This document shows positions 1 to 9,999 of a stretch of 32,000 nucleotides of DNA, piece by piece. Position numbers and translations under genes: made by a program. Source of the stretch: Candidatus Annandia pinicola (GTDB taxonomy: Bacteria; Pseudomonadota; Gammaproteobacteria; Enterobacterales; Enterobacteriaceae_A); contig NZ_CP045876.1 of assembly GCF_020541245.1 (NCBI RefSeq), positions 316,581 through 348,580 on the forward strand. Reading direction: 5' to 3'. Under the pieces are notes generated by a model that had not been told where the DNA came from, made no database searches, and was given only the letters and a program-made list of their open reading frames with translations. The stretch's first letter is position 1; each line of letters starts with the position of its first letter.

Positions 1-2
1 TA

Positions 3-209
3 TTAAAATATAGTTTTAATTTAGTAAAAGAATCTGATATAATAGATAATTCTATAAATAAAGTTTTAAAATATGGATATAAAACTAAAGATTTAACATT
101 AAATAGTAAAGATTTTATTAGTACTAGTGAAATTGGGTCTTTAATTTCTTGTTTTATAATTAAGGAAAATAATATTAATGAGCAAAACACTATACGAAAA
201 AATATATAA
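3..209 (+). CDS. leuB: 3-isopropylmalate dehydrogenase, C-terminal fragment (5' end outside window)
   Basis: Frame +3 is open from the window edge to TAA at 207-209. The translation [51 protein letters not shown]... aligns with the E. coli LeuB C-terminus (LLRYSL...AIEQAINRALEEGVRTGDL...STDEMGDII). It sits directly upstream of leuC-leuD, as in the leuABCD operon. This ORF is not in the supplied track because its start is off-window. Confidence 0.8.
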   Translation, partial: LKYSFNLVKESDIIDNSINKVLKYGYKTKDLTLNSKDFISTSEIGSLISCFIIKENNINEQNTIRKNI

Positions 210-1581
210 TAATCATATAGTATATAAAAATATTGATGAAGAAACTATATTATATATTGATAAACATTTAATACACGAAGTAACTTCTCCTCAAGCTTTT
301 GATGGATTAAGAATAAATAATCGTAAGGTACGTTGTCCATCTAAAACTTTTGCTACCATGGATCATAATGTTTCTACTAAAACCAAAGATATAGAAGCTT
401 CTGGAAATTTAGCAAGTATTCAAATGAAAACATTAATTAAAAATTGTAAAGATTTTAAAATTAAATTATATGATTTAAATCATCCTTTACAAGGAATCGT
501 GCATGTTGTAGGACCAGAACAAGGAATTACTTTACCTGGTAATACTATAGTATGCGGTGACTCACATACTGCTACTCATGGCGCATTTGGTGCTTTATCT
601 TTTGGAATAGGAACTTCAGAAGTAGAACATGTATTAGCCACTCAAACTTTAAAACAAAGTAAATTTAAAAATATGAAAATAGAAATATTTGGAGAATTAA
701 AGCCTTATATTTCAGCTAAAGATATAGCTTTGTTTATTATTGGTAAAATTGGTCATTCTGGTGGAACAGGATATATAATAGAATTTTGTGGATCCGTAAT
801 TAAAAATTTAAGTATGGAAGGAAGAATGACTTTGTGCAATATGTCTATTGAAATGGGGGCAAAATCTGGATTAATAGCTCCTGATAATATAACTTTTAAA
901 TACTTAAAAAATAAAAAGTTTTCACCTAAAGGAAAATATTGGGAAAAAGCAGTAAATTATTGGAAAAAATTAAAATCAGATATAAATAGTAATTTTGATA
1001 AAATTTTTAAATTTAATATAACAAATATTAAACCTCAAGTTACATGGGGTACTAATCCTGGTCATGTAATTGGTATTGATCAAAATATACCAAATCCTAA
1101 ATTATATAATAATATTGAAGAACAAATATCAGCTCAAAATGCTTTATATTATATGAATTTAAATCATGGTGTTAATTTAAAAAAAATTAAAATAGATAAA
1201 ATTTTTATAGGATCATGTACTAATTCTAGAATAGAAGATTTAAGGTCTATTGCTTATATTGTTAATGGTAAAAAAATATCTAAAAATATAAAACAAGCTA
1301 TTATTGTACCAGGATCTAATCCAGTTAAAATTCAAGCTGAAAAAGAAAATTTACATAAAATATTTATAAATTCAGGTTTTGAATGGAGATTACCAGGATG
1401 TTCTATGTGTTTGGCTATGAATGATGATAAACTTAATCCAGGAGACAGATGTGCTTCTACAAGTAATAGAAATTTTGAGGGAAGACAAGGTAGGGATAGT
1501 AGAACTCATTTATTAAGTCCATTAATGGCAGCAGCATCAGCAATAAAAGGATATTTTTCTGATGTAAGAGATTTTTTTTAA
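178..1581 (+). CDS. leuC: 3-isopropylmalate dehydratase large subunit
   Basis: 467-aa ORF. The N-terminus [16 protein letters not shown] matches E. coli LeuC MAKTLYEKLFDAHVVY. Aconitase-family motifs are conserved: [66 protein letters not shown]. Confidence 0.97.
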   Translation: MSKTLYEKIYNNHIVYKNIDEETILYIDKHLIHEVTSPQAFDGLRINNRKVRCPSKTFATMDHNVSTKTKDIEASGNLASIQMKTLIKNCKDFKIKLYDLNHPLQGIVHVVGPEQGITLPGNTIVCGDSHTATHGAFGALSFGIGTSEVEHVLATQTLKQSKFKNMKIEIFGELKPYISAKDIALFIIGKIGHSGGTGYIIEFCGSVIKNLSMEGRMTLCNMSIEMGAKSGLIAPDNITFKYLKNKKFSPKGKYWEKAVNYWKKLKSDINSNFDKIFKFNITNIKPQVTWGTNPGHVIGIDQNIPNPKLYNNIEEQISAQNALYYMNLNHGVNLKKIKIDKIFIGSCTNSRIEDLRSIAYIVNGKKISKNIKQAIIVPGSNPVKIQAEKENLHKIFINSGFEWRLPGCSMCLAMNDDKLNPGDRCASTSNRNFEGRQGRDSRTHLLSPLMAAASAIKGYFSDVRDFF

Positions 1582-1601
1582 AATTTAAAATGGTTATATA
1601 T

Positions 1602-2210
1602 ATGAAAAAATTACTAAATCATGTAGGTACAGTATTACCTTTAAATATACCTAATGTAGATACAGATGCTATTATTCCTAAACAATTTTTACAAAGAGTT
1701 CATAAAAAAGGTTTTGGTAAATATTTATTTTATAATTGGCGTTTTCTAAATGATAATATTAATAAAATTAATTATAATTTTGTTTTAAATAAAAATGAAT
1801 TTCAAAAATCTAGTATATTATTAACTAGAAATAATTTTGGATGTGGTTCTTCTCGTGAGCATGCTGTATGGGCTTTATTAGATTTTGGTTTTAAAGTAAT
1901 TATTTCTTCAAAATTTGCTGATATATTTTATAATAATGCTTTAAATAATCATATAATCCCAATTAAATTGGAAGAAAAAATTATTGATAATCTATTCAAT
2001 TTAGTTTATGATAACCCTAAAATAAAATTTAAAGTTAATTTAAAAAATTGTAAATTAATTATAAAAAAACCTAATTTAATTTACAATTTTAATATTAGTA
2101 AATCTAAACTTTATATTTTAATTAATAAATTAGATAATATTAGTTTAACTATGAAATATGAAAAATATATAAAAAATTATGAAATTAAAAAATTTAAATA
2201 TATGTTTTAA
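1602..2210 (+). CDS. leuD: 3-isopropylmalate dehydratase small subunit
   Basis: Contains VDTDAIIPKQFLQRV and NFGCGSSREHAVWALLDFGFKVIISSKFADIFYNN, nearly identical to E. coli LeuD motifs. By alignment the ATG at 1602 (MKKLLNHVGTVLPL vs MAEKFIKHTGLVVPL) is preferred over the track ATG at 1590. Neither has an obvious SD. Confidence 0.93.
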   Translation: MKKLLNHVGTVLPLNIPNVDTDAIIPKQFLQRVHKKGFGKYLFYNWRFLNDNINKINYNFVLNKNEFQKSSILLTRNNFGCGSSREHAVWALLDFGFKVIISSKFADIFYNNALNNHIIPIKLEEKIIDNLFNLVYDNPKIKFKVNLKNCKLIIKKPNLIYNFNISKSKLYILINKLDNISLTMKYEKYIKNYEIKKFKYMF

Positions 2211-2965
2211 AATAATTTAAATATTTGAATTAATAAATTTTTTAAAACAATGGTTTGTGGACTTAAATTTAAAAATATAATATTTATTATTATAAATAAT
2301 AAAAATATTGGTATTAATATTATAATATTTTTTTTTGATAAATTTTTAATAAACCAATTATTTTTACTATTACTAAATAATTTCCAAAATAAATATAGTT
2401 CACACCACAATAATAATATGAAAGAAAAAATTAATAATTTAAAATTTCCTTTATCTTTATCTGGTATATTTGAAACAGTTTTTGCTATTATACCAGGTAT
2501 AAAATATAATAATGGCCATAAAATACATCCTAATAAATCTGGATAAAAGAATTTTTTTATTGGAACTCCTAATATTCCAGATAAAATAGGTATTAACGGT
2601 CTTATTGGACCTATAAACTTACCTAAAAATATAGTTATTATACTATAATTATTTAAATAATATTCAATTTTTTCTATTATTGATACATTTAAAAATTTTA
2701 GTTTTTCAATAGATTTTTTTTTTAATTTTACACCAATAAAATACGATATCCAATCTCCTAATAAACAACCTATTATCCCTATAAACCAAGAAGAATATAA
2801 TGATATTTTATGGTTTCCTATAAATGTTCCTAAAGTAATCATTAATATAGTACCAGGTAAAAATAATCCAGTTAACGCTAATGATTCTAAAAAAGAAACA
2901 ATAAAAACAGCAATTAATATAAAATAATTTGATCTTAATTCTAAATTATTAATTAAATTTTCCAT
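2207..2965 (-). CDS. yabI: DedA-family inner membrane protein (YabI-like)
   Basis: 252 aa. FLESLALTGLFLPGTILM, GIIGCLLGDWISYFIG, GKFIGPIRPLIPILSG and LGCILWPLLYFIPGII align along the full length with E. coli YabI (254 aa). The position between rsmA and leuD matches the yabI position on the K-12 map. Confidence 0.88.
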   Translation of the reverse strand: MENLINNLELRSNYFILIAVFIVSFLESLALTGLFLPGTILMITLGTFIGNHKISLYSSWFIGIIGCLLGDWISYFIGVKLKKKSIEKLKFLNVSIIEKIEYYLNNYSIITIFLGKFIGPIRPLIPILSGILGVPIKKFFYPDLLGCILWPLLYFIPGIIAKTVSNIPDKDKGNFKLLIFSFILLLWCELYLFWKLFSNSKNNWFIKNLSKKNIIILIPIFLLFIIINIIFLNLSPQTIVLKNLLIQIFKLF

Positions 2966-2996
2966 ATTTAACTTATTTTTTTTTTATAAATTATAT

Positions 2997-3024
2997 AATA
3001 TTATAATTTATAAATTATAATATT
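2997..3024. repeat. Perfect 28-bp palindrome (14+14, no spacer) in the divergent yabI/rsmA spacer
   Basis: AATATTATAATTTA|TAAATTATAATATT, checked base by base. It is A/T only. Its existence is certain and its function is unknown. Confidence 0.6.
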
Positions 3025-3100
3025 TTAGTTTAAGTTTAATTAATATTATTAAAATTTTATAATAATTTATATTTATTAAAATATAAAATAAAATATTGTT

Positions 3101-3928
3101 ATGTATATTATTAAAAAAAAATATAAATTTTTAGCTAAAAAAAAATTTGGTCAACATTTTTTATTTAATAAAAAAATTATAAAAAAAATTATTAAATTTA
3201 TAAATTTAAATTATTTTGATTTAGTATTAGAAATTGGACCAGGATTAGGCTCATTAACTTTAAATATTATTAATAAAATTAATAATATATATGCTGTAGA
3301 AATTGATAAAGATATGATTAATTTTTTGATTAAACATTCTATTATAGGTTCTAAAATAAAAATTTTTAGACAAAATGCTATTTATTTAAATTTAAAAAAT
3401 TTTTTTTTAAAAAATAATCAAAATTTATTTAGAATTTTAGGTAGTTTACCTTATAATGTTTCTGTTAAAATAATATTAAATTTAATATTAAATTTTAATA
3501 ATAATATTAAAGATATGTATTTTATAATACAAAAAGAATTAGCAGAACGTATTACAGCTTCAATTAATACTAAAATATACGGAAGATTAAGTATAATAGT
3601 ACAATATTATTGTAAAATTTATAAATTAATAAAAATATTACCAAAATATTTTATACCAATACCTAAAGTTGATTCTTTTTTTATTAAATTAATACCATAT
3701 AAAATTTTACCTTATAATACAATAAATATTAATATAATAAAATATATTACTAATAAATCATTTAATAATAGAAGAAAAATTTTAAAAAATAATTTAAAAT
3801 TAATATTTAATAATAAAGAATTATTAAGTTTAAAAATAAACCCAAATTTAAGAGCAGAAAATATTTCTATAAAAAAATATTGCAAATTAAGTAATTTATT
3901 ATTTTATAAAAATAAATATAAAATATAA
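3101..3928 (+). CDS. rsmA: 16S rRNA (adenine1518/1519-N6)-dimethyltransferase
   Basis: 275 aa. Motifs KKKFGQHFLFNKK, VLEIGPGLGSLT, GSLPYNVS, YGRLSIIVQYYC, PKVDS, FNNRRK and RAENISIKKYC match the E. coli KsgA/RsmA signature motifs in the same order. Confidence 0.92.
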   Translation: MYIIKKKYKFLAKKKFGQHFLFNKKIIKKIIKFINLNYFDLVLEIGPGLGSLTLNIINKINNIYAVEIDKDMINFLIKHSIIGSKIKIFRQNAIYLNLKNFFLKNNQNLFRILGSLPYNVSVKIILNLILNFNNNIKDMYFIIQKELAERITASINTKIYGRLSIIVQYYCKIYKLIKILPKYFIPIPKVDSFFIKLIPYKILPYNTININIIKYITNKSFNNRRKILKNNLKLIFNNKELLSLKINPNLRAENISIKKYCKLSNLLFYKNKYKI

Positions 3929-4175
3929 AAAAATAAAATATTAAATTATTTATAAAATTATTTTTTTTTATTTTTATTTTTTTTATTTTTATATAATAAA
4001 TAAATATTATAATTTTATTTATAATATTTATTTAATATAATTTATAATTAATATATAATATTAAAATTAATATATTAAAATATAATAATAATATTATATA
4101 AAAATTATAAATAAAATATAATTTATAAAAAAATTTAAATATATTTATTATTTAATATAATTTATATATTTTTAT
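3892..4175. other. 284-bp run containing no G or C
   Basis: Base-by-base reading shows the last G at 3891 and the next G at 4176. The run covers the last 37 nt of rsmA, the whole 233-bp convergent rsmA/carB spacer, and the last 14 nt of carB. Confidence 0.95.
3997..4034. repeat. 16-bp perfect inverted repeat with 6-nt loop, mid-spacer between convergent rsmA and carB
   Basis: TAAATAAATATTATAA (3997-4012) pairs with TTATAATATTTATTTA (4019-4034). It could be a weak bidirectional stem-loop. An A/T-only match of this length is near chance expectation over all spacers in the window. Confidence 0.35.
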
Positions 4176-7100
4176 GTAATTCTTGTAAAGATATAACATT
4201 ATAATCTTTAAATTTATTTTTTAAAGTTAATATAGAAGCAAAACTTCCATTTAAAGTAGTATCATAATGTATTTTATTTTGTAAAGCTAATTTACATATA
4301 GAATCAGAAATACTACCCTTTATATTATTATTTGTATTAATAATATAACAATATTTTTTACTAATTATCATATCAATAATATTAGGATATTTTTTTTTAT
4401 TTTTACTTATTACTCTACATTTTATACCTATTTTTTTTAAATTCATATAAGTATTATATGTAGCATCTAATTTAAAACCATAATAAATAAGTTTTTTTGC
4501 TATATTTCCTATAATTTTTTTATCATGATTATTTACTGAAATTAAAACTCTATTATTTTTTTTTATTAATGATTGAGAACCTAACATAGCTTTAGAAAAT
4601 GCAATATTAAATCTACTATCTATACCCATAACTTCACCAGTAGAACGCATTTCAGGACCTAAAGTTGGATGTATACCAATAAATTTATTAAAAGGTAAAA
4701 CTACTTCTTTAATAGAAAAATAGGGTGGTATAACTTCATGAAAAATCTTTTGTTTAATTAAGTCTCTTCCAACTATAACTTTAGTAGCAACTTTAGCAAA
4801 TGGAACTCCAATAGCTTTAGATAAAAAAGGTACAGTTCTAGATGCTCTAAGATTAACTTCTATAATATATGTTTTATTATTTTTAACTGCAAATTGAATA
4901 TTCATCAAACCTACTACATTTAAAGCAATAGCTATTCTAGAAGATTGTAAACGTATTTCATCCTGAATTTTTTTACTAATAGTATAAACTGGTAAAGAAC
5001 ATGCTGAATCTCCAGAATGAATACCTGCTTGTTCTATATGCTCCATAATACCACAGATTAATACATTTCTACCATCACATATTAAATCAACATCAACTTC
5101 TACTGCATCACTCAAAAATCTATCTAATAAAACAGGCATATTATAAGAATTACTTTTTGCCATTTTAAAATAAAGCTTTAAATCGTATAAATTATATATT
5201 ATTTTCATAGCTCTTCCTCCTAATACATTAGACGGTCTTATAACAATTGGATATCCAATATTTCTAGATTTTATTATAGCTTGTATTAAAGATGTTGCTG
5301 TACTATTTTTTGGTTGTTTAAGACCTAATTTAAGTATAATTTTTTTAAAAAATTCTCTATTTTCTGCAATGTTTATATATTTAGGATTAGTACCTAAAAT
5401 AGGAATTTTTAATTTATATAAATAATTTGATAATTTTAATGGAGTTTGTCCTCCAAATTGAATTATTACACCTTTAGGTTTTTCAATAATAATAATTTCT
5501 AATATGTCTTCTAAAGTAATTGGTTCAAAATATAATTTATCAGAAATATCATAATCAGTAGATACTGTTTCTGGATTACAATTAATCATAATCGTTTCAA
5601 ATCCACTTTCACGTAAAGCTAAAACTGAGTGAACACAACAATAATCAAATTCAATTCCTTGTCCTATACGATTAGGTCCGCTTCCTAAAACTATAATTTT
5701 TTTTTTTTTATTATTATCAGATAATGATTCACATTCATTTTCATAAGTAGAATACATATATGATGTTTTTGTTTTAAATTCTGCAGCACATGTATCTACT
5801 CTTTTATAAACAGGATGTAAATTATATTTATAACGTAAATTACGTATTATTTTTTCTTTAACTTGTAATAAATATGCTATTCTAAAATCTGAAAAACCTT
5901 TTTTTTTAATATATTTTAAAAATTTATAATTAATATCTTTAATATTTTTTGAAATAATATCTTTTTCAGTAAATATAATATCTTTAATTTGTGATAAAAA
6001 CCATTTATCTATTTTAGTTAAATTATATACTTCATTTAAAGAAATATTCAATCTAAATGCATCACCTATATACCATAATCTATTTGATCCTACATTTCTT
6101 AGTTCAAATTTTATTTTATTTAAAGTTTTTTTTTTACTATATAAATTTATTTTAGAATTAAAACCATAAACTCCTATTTCTAAACTACGAATTGCTTTTT
6201 GTAAAGATTCTTGAAATGTTCTACCTATGGCCATAACTTCACCAACAGATTTCATTTGTGTTGTTAATCTATTATCTGAACCATAAAATTTTTCAAAATT
6301 AAATCTAGGAATTTTTGTAACTATATAATCTATAGATGGTTCAAAAGAAGATGGTGTTTTATTTTCAGTAATTTCGTTTCTTAATTCATCTAAAGTATAA
6401 CCTACAGCTAATTTAGCAGCTATTTTTGCAATAGGAAACCCTGTTGCTTTAGAAGCTAAAGCTGAAGACCTAGAAACTCTAGGATTCATTTCAATAACAA
6501 TTAAATTTCCATTTTTAGGGTTAACAGCAAATTGTACATTAGATCCACCTGTTTCTATACCTATTTCTTTTAAAATAGAAATTGATGCATTACGCATAAT
6601 TTGATACTCTTTATCTGTTAATGTTTGAGCAGGAGCAACTGTAATAGAATCACCTGTATGAATACCCATAGAATCTATATTTTCGATAGAACATACTATA
6701 ATACAATTATTATTATTATCTCTTACAACTTCCATTTCATATTCTTTCCAACCAATAAGAGATTGATCAATTAAAAGTTCTTTATTAGGAGATAAATTTA
6801 ATCCTTGTATACATATTTTTTCAAAATCTTTAATATTATAAGCTATACCTCCACCACTACCTCCCATAGTAAAAGATGGTCTTACAATACATGGTAATCC
6901 TATATTTTTAACTATTTTTTTTGCTTCTTCAATATTATGAGCTATATCAGATTTAGGTGTTTTTAAACCTATTTTTTTAATAATTTGATCAAATATTTTT
7001 CTATTTTCTGCTTTATTAATTGATTTTGCATTAACACCGATCATTTTAACATTATATTTACTTAAAATATTTTTTTTTTCTAAAATTAAAGCACAGTTTA

Positions 7101-7386
7101 AAGCAGTTTGTCCTCCCATAGTAGGAAGCAGAGCATCTGGTTTTTCTTTAATAATAATTTTTTCTATTATTTTCCAATGTATTGGCTCTATATAAGTAGC
7201 ATCAGCTACTTCAGGATCAGTCATTATAGTAGCTGGATTAGAATTAACTAATATAATCCTATAACCATCTTTTTTTAAAATTTTACATGCTTGAGTTCCA
7301 GAATAATCAAATTCACATGCTTGTCCTATAATAATTGGTCCTGCTCCTAAAATAAGAATTGATTTTATATCTGTTCTTCTTGGCAT
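4162..7386 (-). CDS. carB: Carbamoyl-phosphate synthase large subunit
   Basis: 1074 aa, full length. Both ATP-grasp halves are present ([22 protein letters not shown]... and [21 protein letters not shown]...). Adjacent to carA. Confidence 0.98.
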   Translation of the reverse strand: MPRRTDIKSILILGAGPIIIGQACEFDYSGTQACKILKKDGYRIILVNSNPATIMTDPEVADATYIEPIHWKIIEKIIIKEKPDALLPTMGGQTALNCALILEKKNILSKYNVKMIGVNAKSINKAENRKIFDQIIKKIGLKTPKSDIAHNIEEAKKIVKNIGLPCIVRPSFTMGGSGGGIAYNIKDFEKICIQGLNLSPNKELLIDQSLIGWKEYEMEVVRDNNNNCIIVCSIENIDSMGIHTGDSITVAPAQTLTDKEYQIMRNASISILKEIGIETGGSNVQFAVNPKNGNLIVIEMNPRVSRSSALASKATGFPIAKIAAKLAVGYTLDELRNEITENKTPSSFEPSIDYIVTKIPRFNFEKFYGSDNRLTTQMKSVGEVMAIGRTFQESLQKAIRSLEIGVYGFNSKINLYSKKKTLNKIKFELRNVGSNRLWYIGDAFRLNISLNEVYNLTKIDKWFLSQIKDIIFTEKDIISKNIKDINYKFLKYIKKKGFSDFRIAYLLQVKEKIIRNLRYKYNLHPVYKRVDTCAAEFKTKTSYMYSTYENECESLSDNNKKKKIIVLGSGPNRIGQGIEFDYCCVHSVLALRESGFETIMINCNPETVSTDYDISDKLYFEPITLEDILEIIIIEKPKGVIIQFGGQTPLKLSNYLYKLKIPILGTNPKYINIAENREFFKKIILKLGLKQPKNSTATSLIQAIIKSRNIGYPIVIRPSNVLGGRAMKIIYNLYDLKLYFKMAKSNSYNMPVLLDRFLSDAVEVDVDLICDGRNVLICGIMEHIEQAGIHSGDSACSLPVYTISKKIQDEIRLQSSRIAIALNVVGLMNIQFAVKNNKTYIIEVNLRASRTVPFLSKAIGVPFAKVATKVIVGRDLIKQKIFHEVIPPYFSIKEVVLPFNKFIGIHPTLGPEMRSTGEVMGIDSRFNIAFSKAMLGSQSLIKKNNRVLISVNNHDKKIIGNIAKKLIYYGFKLDATYNTYMNLKKIGIKCRVISKNKKKYPNIIDMIISKKYCYIINTNNNIKGSISDSICKLALQNKIHYDTTLNGSFASILTLKNKFKDYNVISLQELHKNI

Positions 7387-7394
7387 TTTTAACC

Positions 7395-8558
7395 TTATAA
7401 CTTAAATACTTTTATTTTATAGTACAATGATTTAAGCATAATATTAATAAAACTATCAAATAAAAAAAATATATCATTAGTTCCAGGGTTTGCTTCTGGA
7501 TGTCCTTGAAATCCAAATGCTAATTTTTTTTTATGTTTAATTCCTTGTATTGTTTTATCAAATAATGATATATAAGATATTTTTAATATTTTTGGTATAT
7601 TATTTAAATTTACAATAAATCCATGATTCTGAGATGTAATTAATATTTTTTTTTTATTTAAGTTTTGTACTGGATGATTAGATCCATGATGACCAAATTT
7701 CATTTTAATAATTTTAGCTCCACAAGACATAGCTAATAATTGATGTCCTAAACAAATACCAAAAGTTGGTATATTATATTTTAACATTTTTTTTATATTT
7801 TTAATAATATAATTACAAGGATTAGGATCTCCAGGACCATTAGATAATAATATACCGTTTATTTTTTTTTTTAAAATTTTTTTTATATTAAAAAAAGAAG
7901 GAAAAACCTTTAAATTACAGTCACGATCTATTAACATTTTCATAATACTATTTTTAATTCCATAATCATATACTATTATATTTAATTTAAAAAAAATATT
8001 TTTATATAAATTTAATTTATTATAAATAATATTAATTGTCCCTAAATACCATTTATATGGTATTTTACCTGTAACTTTTTTTACTAAATCTATATTTTTT
8101 AAACCCTTAAAATTTTTTATTTTAGTTTTTGCTAAATTTAAATTTAATTTTCTACCAGAAATAATACAACATTTTTGAGATCCTTTGTTTCTTAAAATAT
8201 TAGTTAACATACGAGTATCTATTTCAGAAATAGATACAATATTATTTTTTTTTAAGTATAAATGTAAATTAATTTTACTTCTATAATTACTATCTAAAAT
8301 TGATAATTTTTTTATAACTAAACCAGAAGCGTAAATTTTATAAGATTCTTTATCATTATCGTTAGTTCCTATATTTCCTATATGAGGAAAAGTTAATGTT
8401 ATAATTTGATTTGTATAAGAAGGATCAGATATTATTTCTTGATACCCAGTCATAGATGTATTAAAAACTATTTCACCTACAGTTAATCCGGTTGCCCCAA
8501 AAGATTTACCATAAAATTTTTCACCTGTCTCTAATAATAAAATTGCTAAATTATACAT
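7395..8558 (-). CDS. carA: Carbamoyl-phosphate synthase small (glutaminase) subunit
   Basis: 387 aa. The glutamine amidotransferase triad region is present ([23 protein letters not shown]). The stop lies 8 nt upstream of the carB ATG, and an AAGG(T) SD for carB overlaps that junction. Confidence 0.97.
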   Translation of the reverse strand: MYNLAILLLETGEKFYGKSFGATGLTVGEIVFNTSMTGYQEIISDPSYTNQIITLTFPHIGNIGTNDNDKESYKIYASGLVIKKLSILDSNYRSKINLHLYLKKNNIVSISEIDTRMLTNILRNKGSQKCCIISGRKLNLNLAKTKIKNFKGLKNIDLVKKVTGKIPYKWYLGTINIIYNKLNLYKNIFFKLNIIVYDYGIKNSIMKMLIDRDCNLKVFPSFFNIKKILKKKINGILLSNGPGDPNPCNYIIKNIKKMLKYNIPTFGICLGHQLLAMSCGAKIIKMKFGHHGSNHPVQNLNKKKILITSQNHGFIVNLNNIPKILKISYISLFDKTIQGIKHKKKLAFGFQGHPEANPGTNDIFFLFDSFINIMLKSLYYKIKVFKL

Positions 8559-8669
8559 ATAAATACCTTATAATTTATAATGTATTTTTTTTTAATATTA
8601 ATTTAAAAAAAATTTAATAATTTGAAAAAAAATATTTTTTATTAAAATAAAAAAATTATAAATTAATAT

Positions 8670-9470
8670 TTATATTTTTTTTAAAACATTTTTCATAGAA
8701 AATAATCCATTTTTTTTTTTATTTAACCATATAGATGCTTTTAAAGCACCTTTTGCAAAAGTAATTCTACTAGAAGCTTTATGAGTTATTTCTATACGTT
8801 CACCTTTATTAGCAAATATTACAGTATGTTCCCCTATAGTATCTCCAGCTCTTATAGTAGAAAATCCTATACTATTTTTTTTTCTTTTTTCATTAAATTT
8901 ATTTCTATTATATATTGCAATTTTATTTAAACTTAAATTCATACTTTTGGCAATAGTTTCTCCTATAGTTAATGCTGTTCCTGATGGTGAATCTTTTTTA
9001 TTTTTATGATGAAATTCTATTATTTCAATATCACTTTCATTACCTATAATTTTAGTTATTTTTTCTAATATATTTAATATTAAATTAATACCAATACTAA
9101 AATTTGAAGATAATAAAATTGCTATTTTTTTTGAATATTTTTTTATTTTTTCTTTTTCTATTTCATTAAAACCAGTTGTACCAATTATTATTTTTTTTTT
9201 ATATTTATAACATAAAGATAAATATTTCATAGTACTTTTAGGACAAGTAAAATCAATTAATATATCAAATAAATCATGTATATTTTCAAAATTTTTACTT
9301 ATTTTTATATTATTTAATTTATTTTTATTAATAATATTAAATAATGTTTTATTTTCATTTATTAATAATACAGTTAATTGTAAAATTTTAATTTTATCAA
9401 TAATACTAATTATAGATTTTCCCATACGACCATATGCCCCAGAAATAGCTATACGAATTTTTTGATTCAT
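8670..9470 (-). CDS. dapB: 4-hydroxy-tetrahydrodipicolinate reductase
   Basis: 266 aa. The N-terminal NAD(P) fold is IRIAISGAYGRMGK. Motifs EFHHKNKKDSPSGTA and GEHTVIF match DapB. The position upstream of carAB is as in E. coli. Confidence 0.95.
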   Translation of the reverse strand: MNQKIRIAISGAYGRMGKSIISIIDKIKILQLTVLLINENKTLFNIINKNKLNNIKISKNFENIHDLFDILIDFTCPKSTMKYLSLCYKYKKKIIIGTTGFNEIEKEKIKKYSKKIAILLSSNFSIGINLILNILEKITKIIGNESDIEIIEFHHKNKKDSPSGTALTIGETIAKSMNLSLNKIAIYNRNKFNEKRKKNSIGFSTIRAGDTIGEHTVIFANKGERIEITHKASSRITFAKGALKASIWLNKKKNGLFSMKNVLKKI

Positions 9471-9513
9471 TTATTAAACTCTTATATATATTAAATAATA
9501 TAAATTAAATTGT

Positions 9514-9999
9514 TTAATTATTTATTTTTAAATAAAAAAATAAAAATAAGTAACCTAATATTATAAAATAATCAGCTAAATTAAAAATAACAATATGTAT
9601 ATTATTTATATGAAAATCTATAAAATCTAGAACATAATTATAATAAAAACGATCTAAAATATTACTTAATAAACCACCTATTATAAAAGAATATAATAAA
9701 ATAAATATTAAGTTTAATTCTATTATATAAAAATAAATAATATAAAAAAAAACTAAAACTATAAATAATGAAACAATAATTAAAAAATAATTTTTATAAA
9801 AATTATAATAATCAAAAAATCCAAAAATAATACCATAATTTTTTACATTAACTATATTAATATAATTATTAACATATATATATTTATTATTAAAAAAAAT
9901 ATTTCTAATAATATTTTTAATATAAAAATTTAAAAAAAATATAGAAAATATAATAAAATTACTAATAATAAAATAATAATATTGTTTTTTTTTAATCAA
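9514..9999 (-). CDS. lspA: Lipoprotein signal peptidase (signal peptidase II)
   Basis: 161 aa, very hydrophobic. GGLLSNILDR and FNLADYFIILG match the two catalytic-Asp motifs of E. coli LspA (GGALGNLFDR, FNVADTAICVG). The start codon is TTG (9997-9999), overlapping the ileS TGA stop (9996-9998). There is no in-frame ATG before the catalytic region. Confidence 0.85.
   Translation of the reverse strand: MIKKKQYYYFIISNFIIFSIFFLNFYIKNIIRNIFFNNKYIYVNNYINIVNVKNYGIIFGFFDYYNFYKNYFLIIVSLFIVLVFFYIIYFYIIELNLIFILLYSFIIGGLLSNILDRFYYNYVLDFIDFHINNIHIVIFNLADYFIILGYLFLFFYLKINN

Noticed and set aside
1590-1601. Upstream ATGs extending leuD (1590) and, similarly, yggX (26774) by 4 codons each.
   Set aside because: Homolog alignments start at the second Met in both cases (MKKLLNHVG, MKKKIFC). 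No SD discriminates between them, so the shorter forms are preferred, without certainty.
4025-4167. About 17-20 bp direct repeat ATTTAATATAATTTATA at about 4031 and about 4151 in the rsmA/carB spacer.
   Set aside because: In a 284-bp two-letter (A/T) sequence, a 17-mer match is expected by chance with a probability of roughly 0.3.
8586-8612. Homopolymer hairpins T8AA-loop-TTA8 (8586-8612, dapB/carA spacer) and A9/T9 (26710-26738, ydjM/yggX spacer) as possible terminators.
   Set aside because: These are pairings between adjacent poly(T) and poly(A) runs, which are abundant here. The stems are A/U only, and the U-run is consumed in the stem. They are indistinguishable from low-complexity background.
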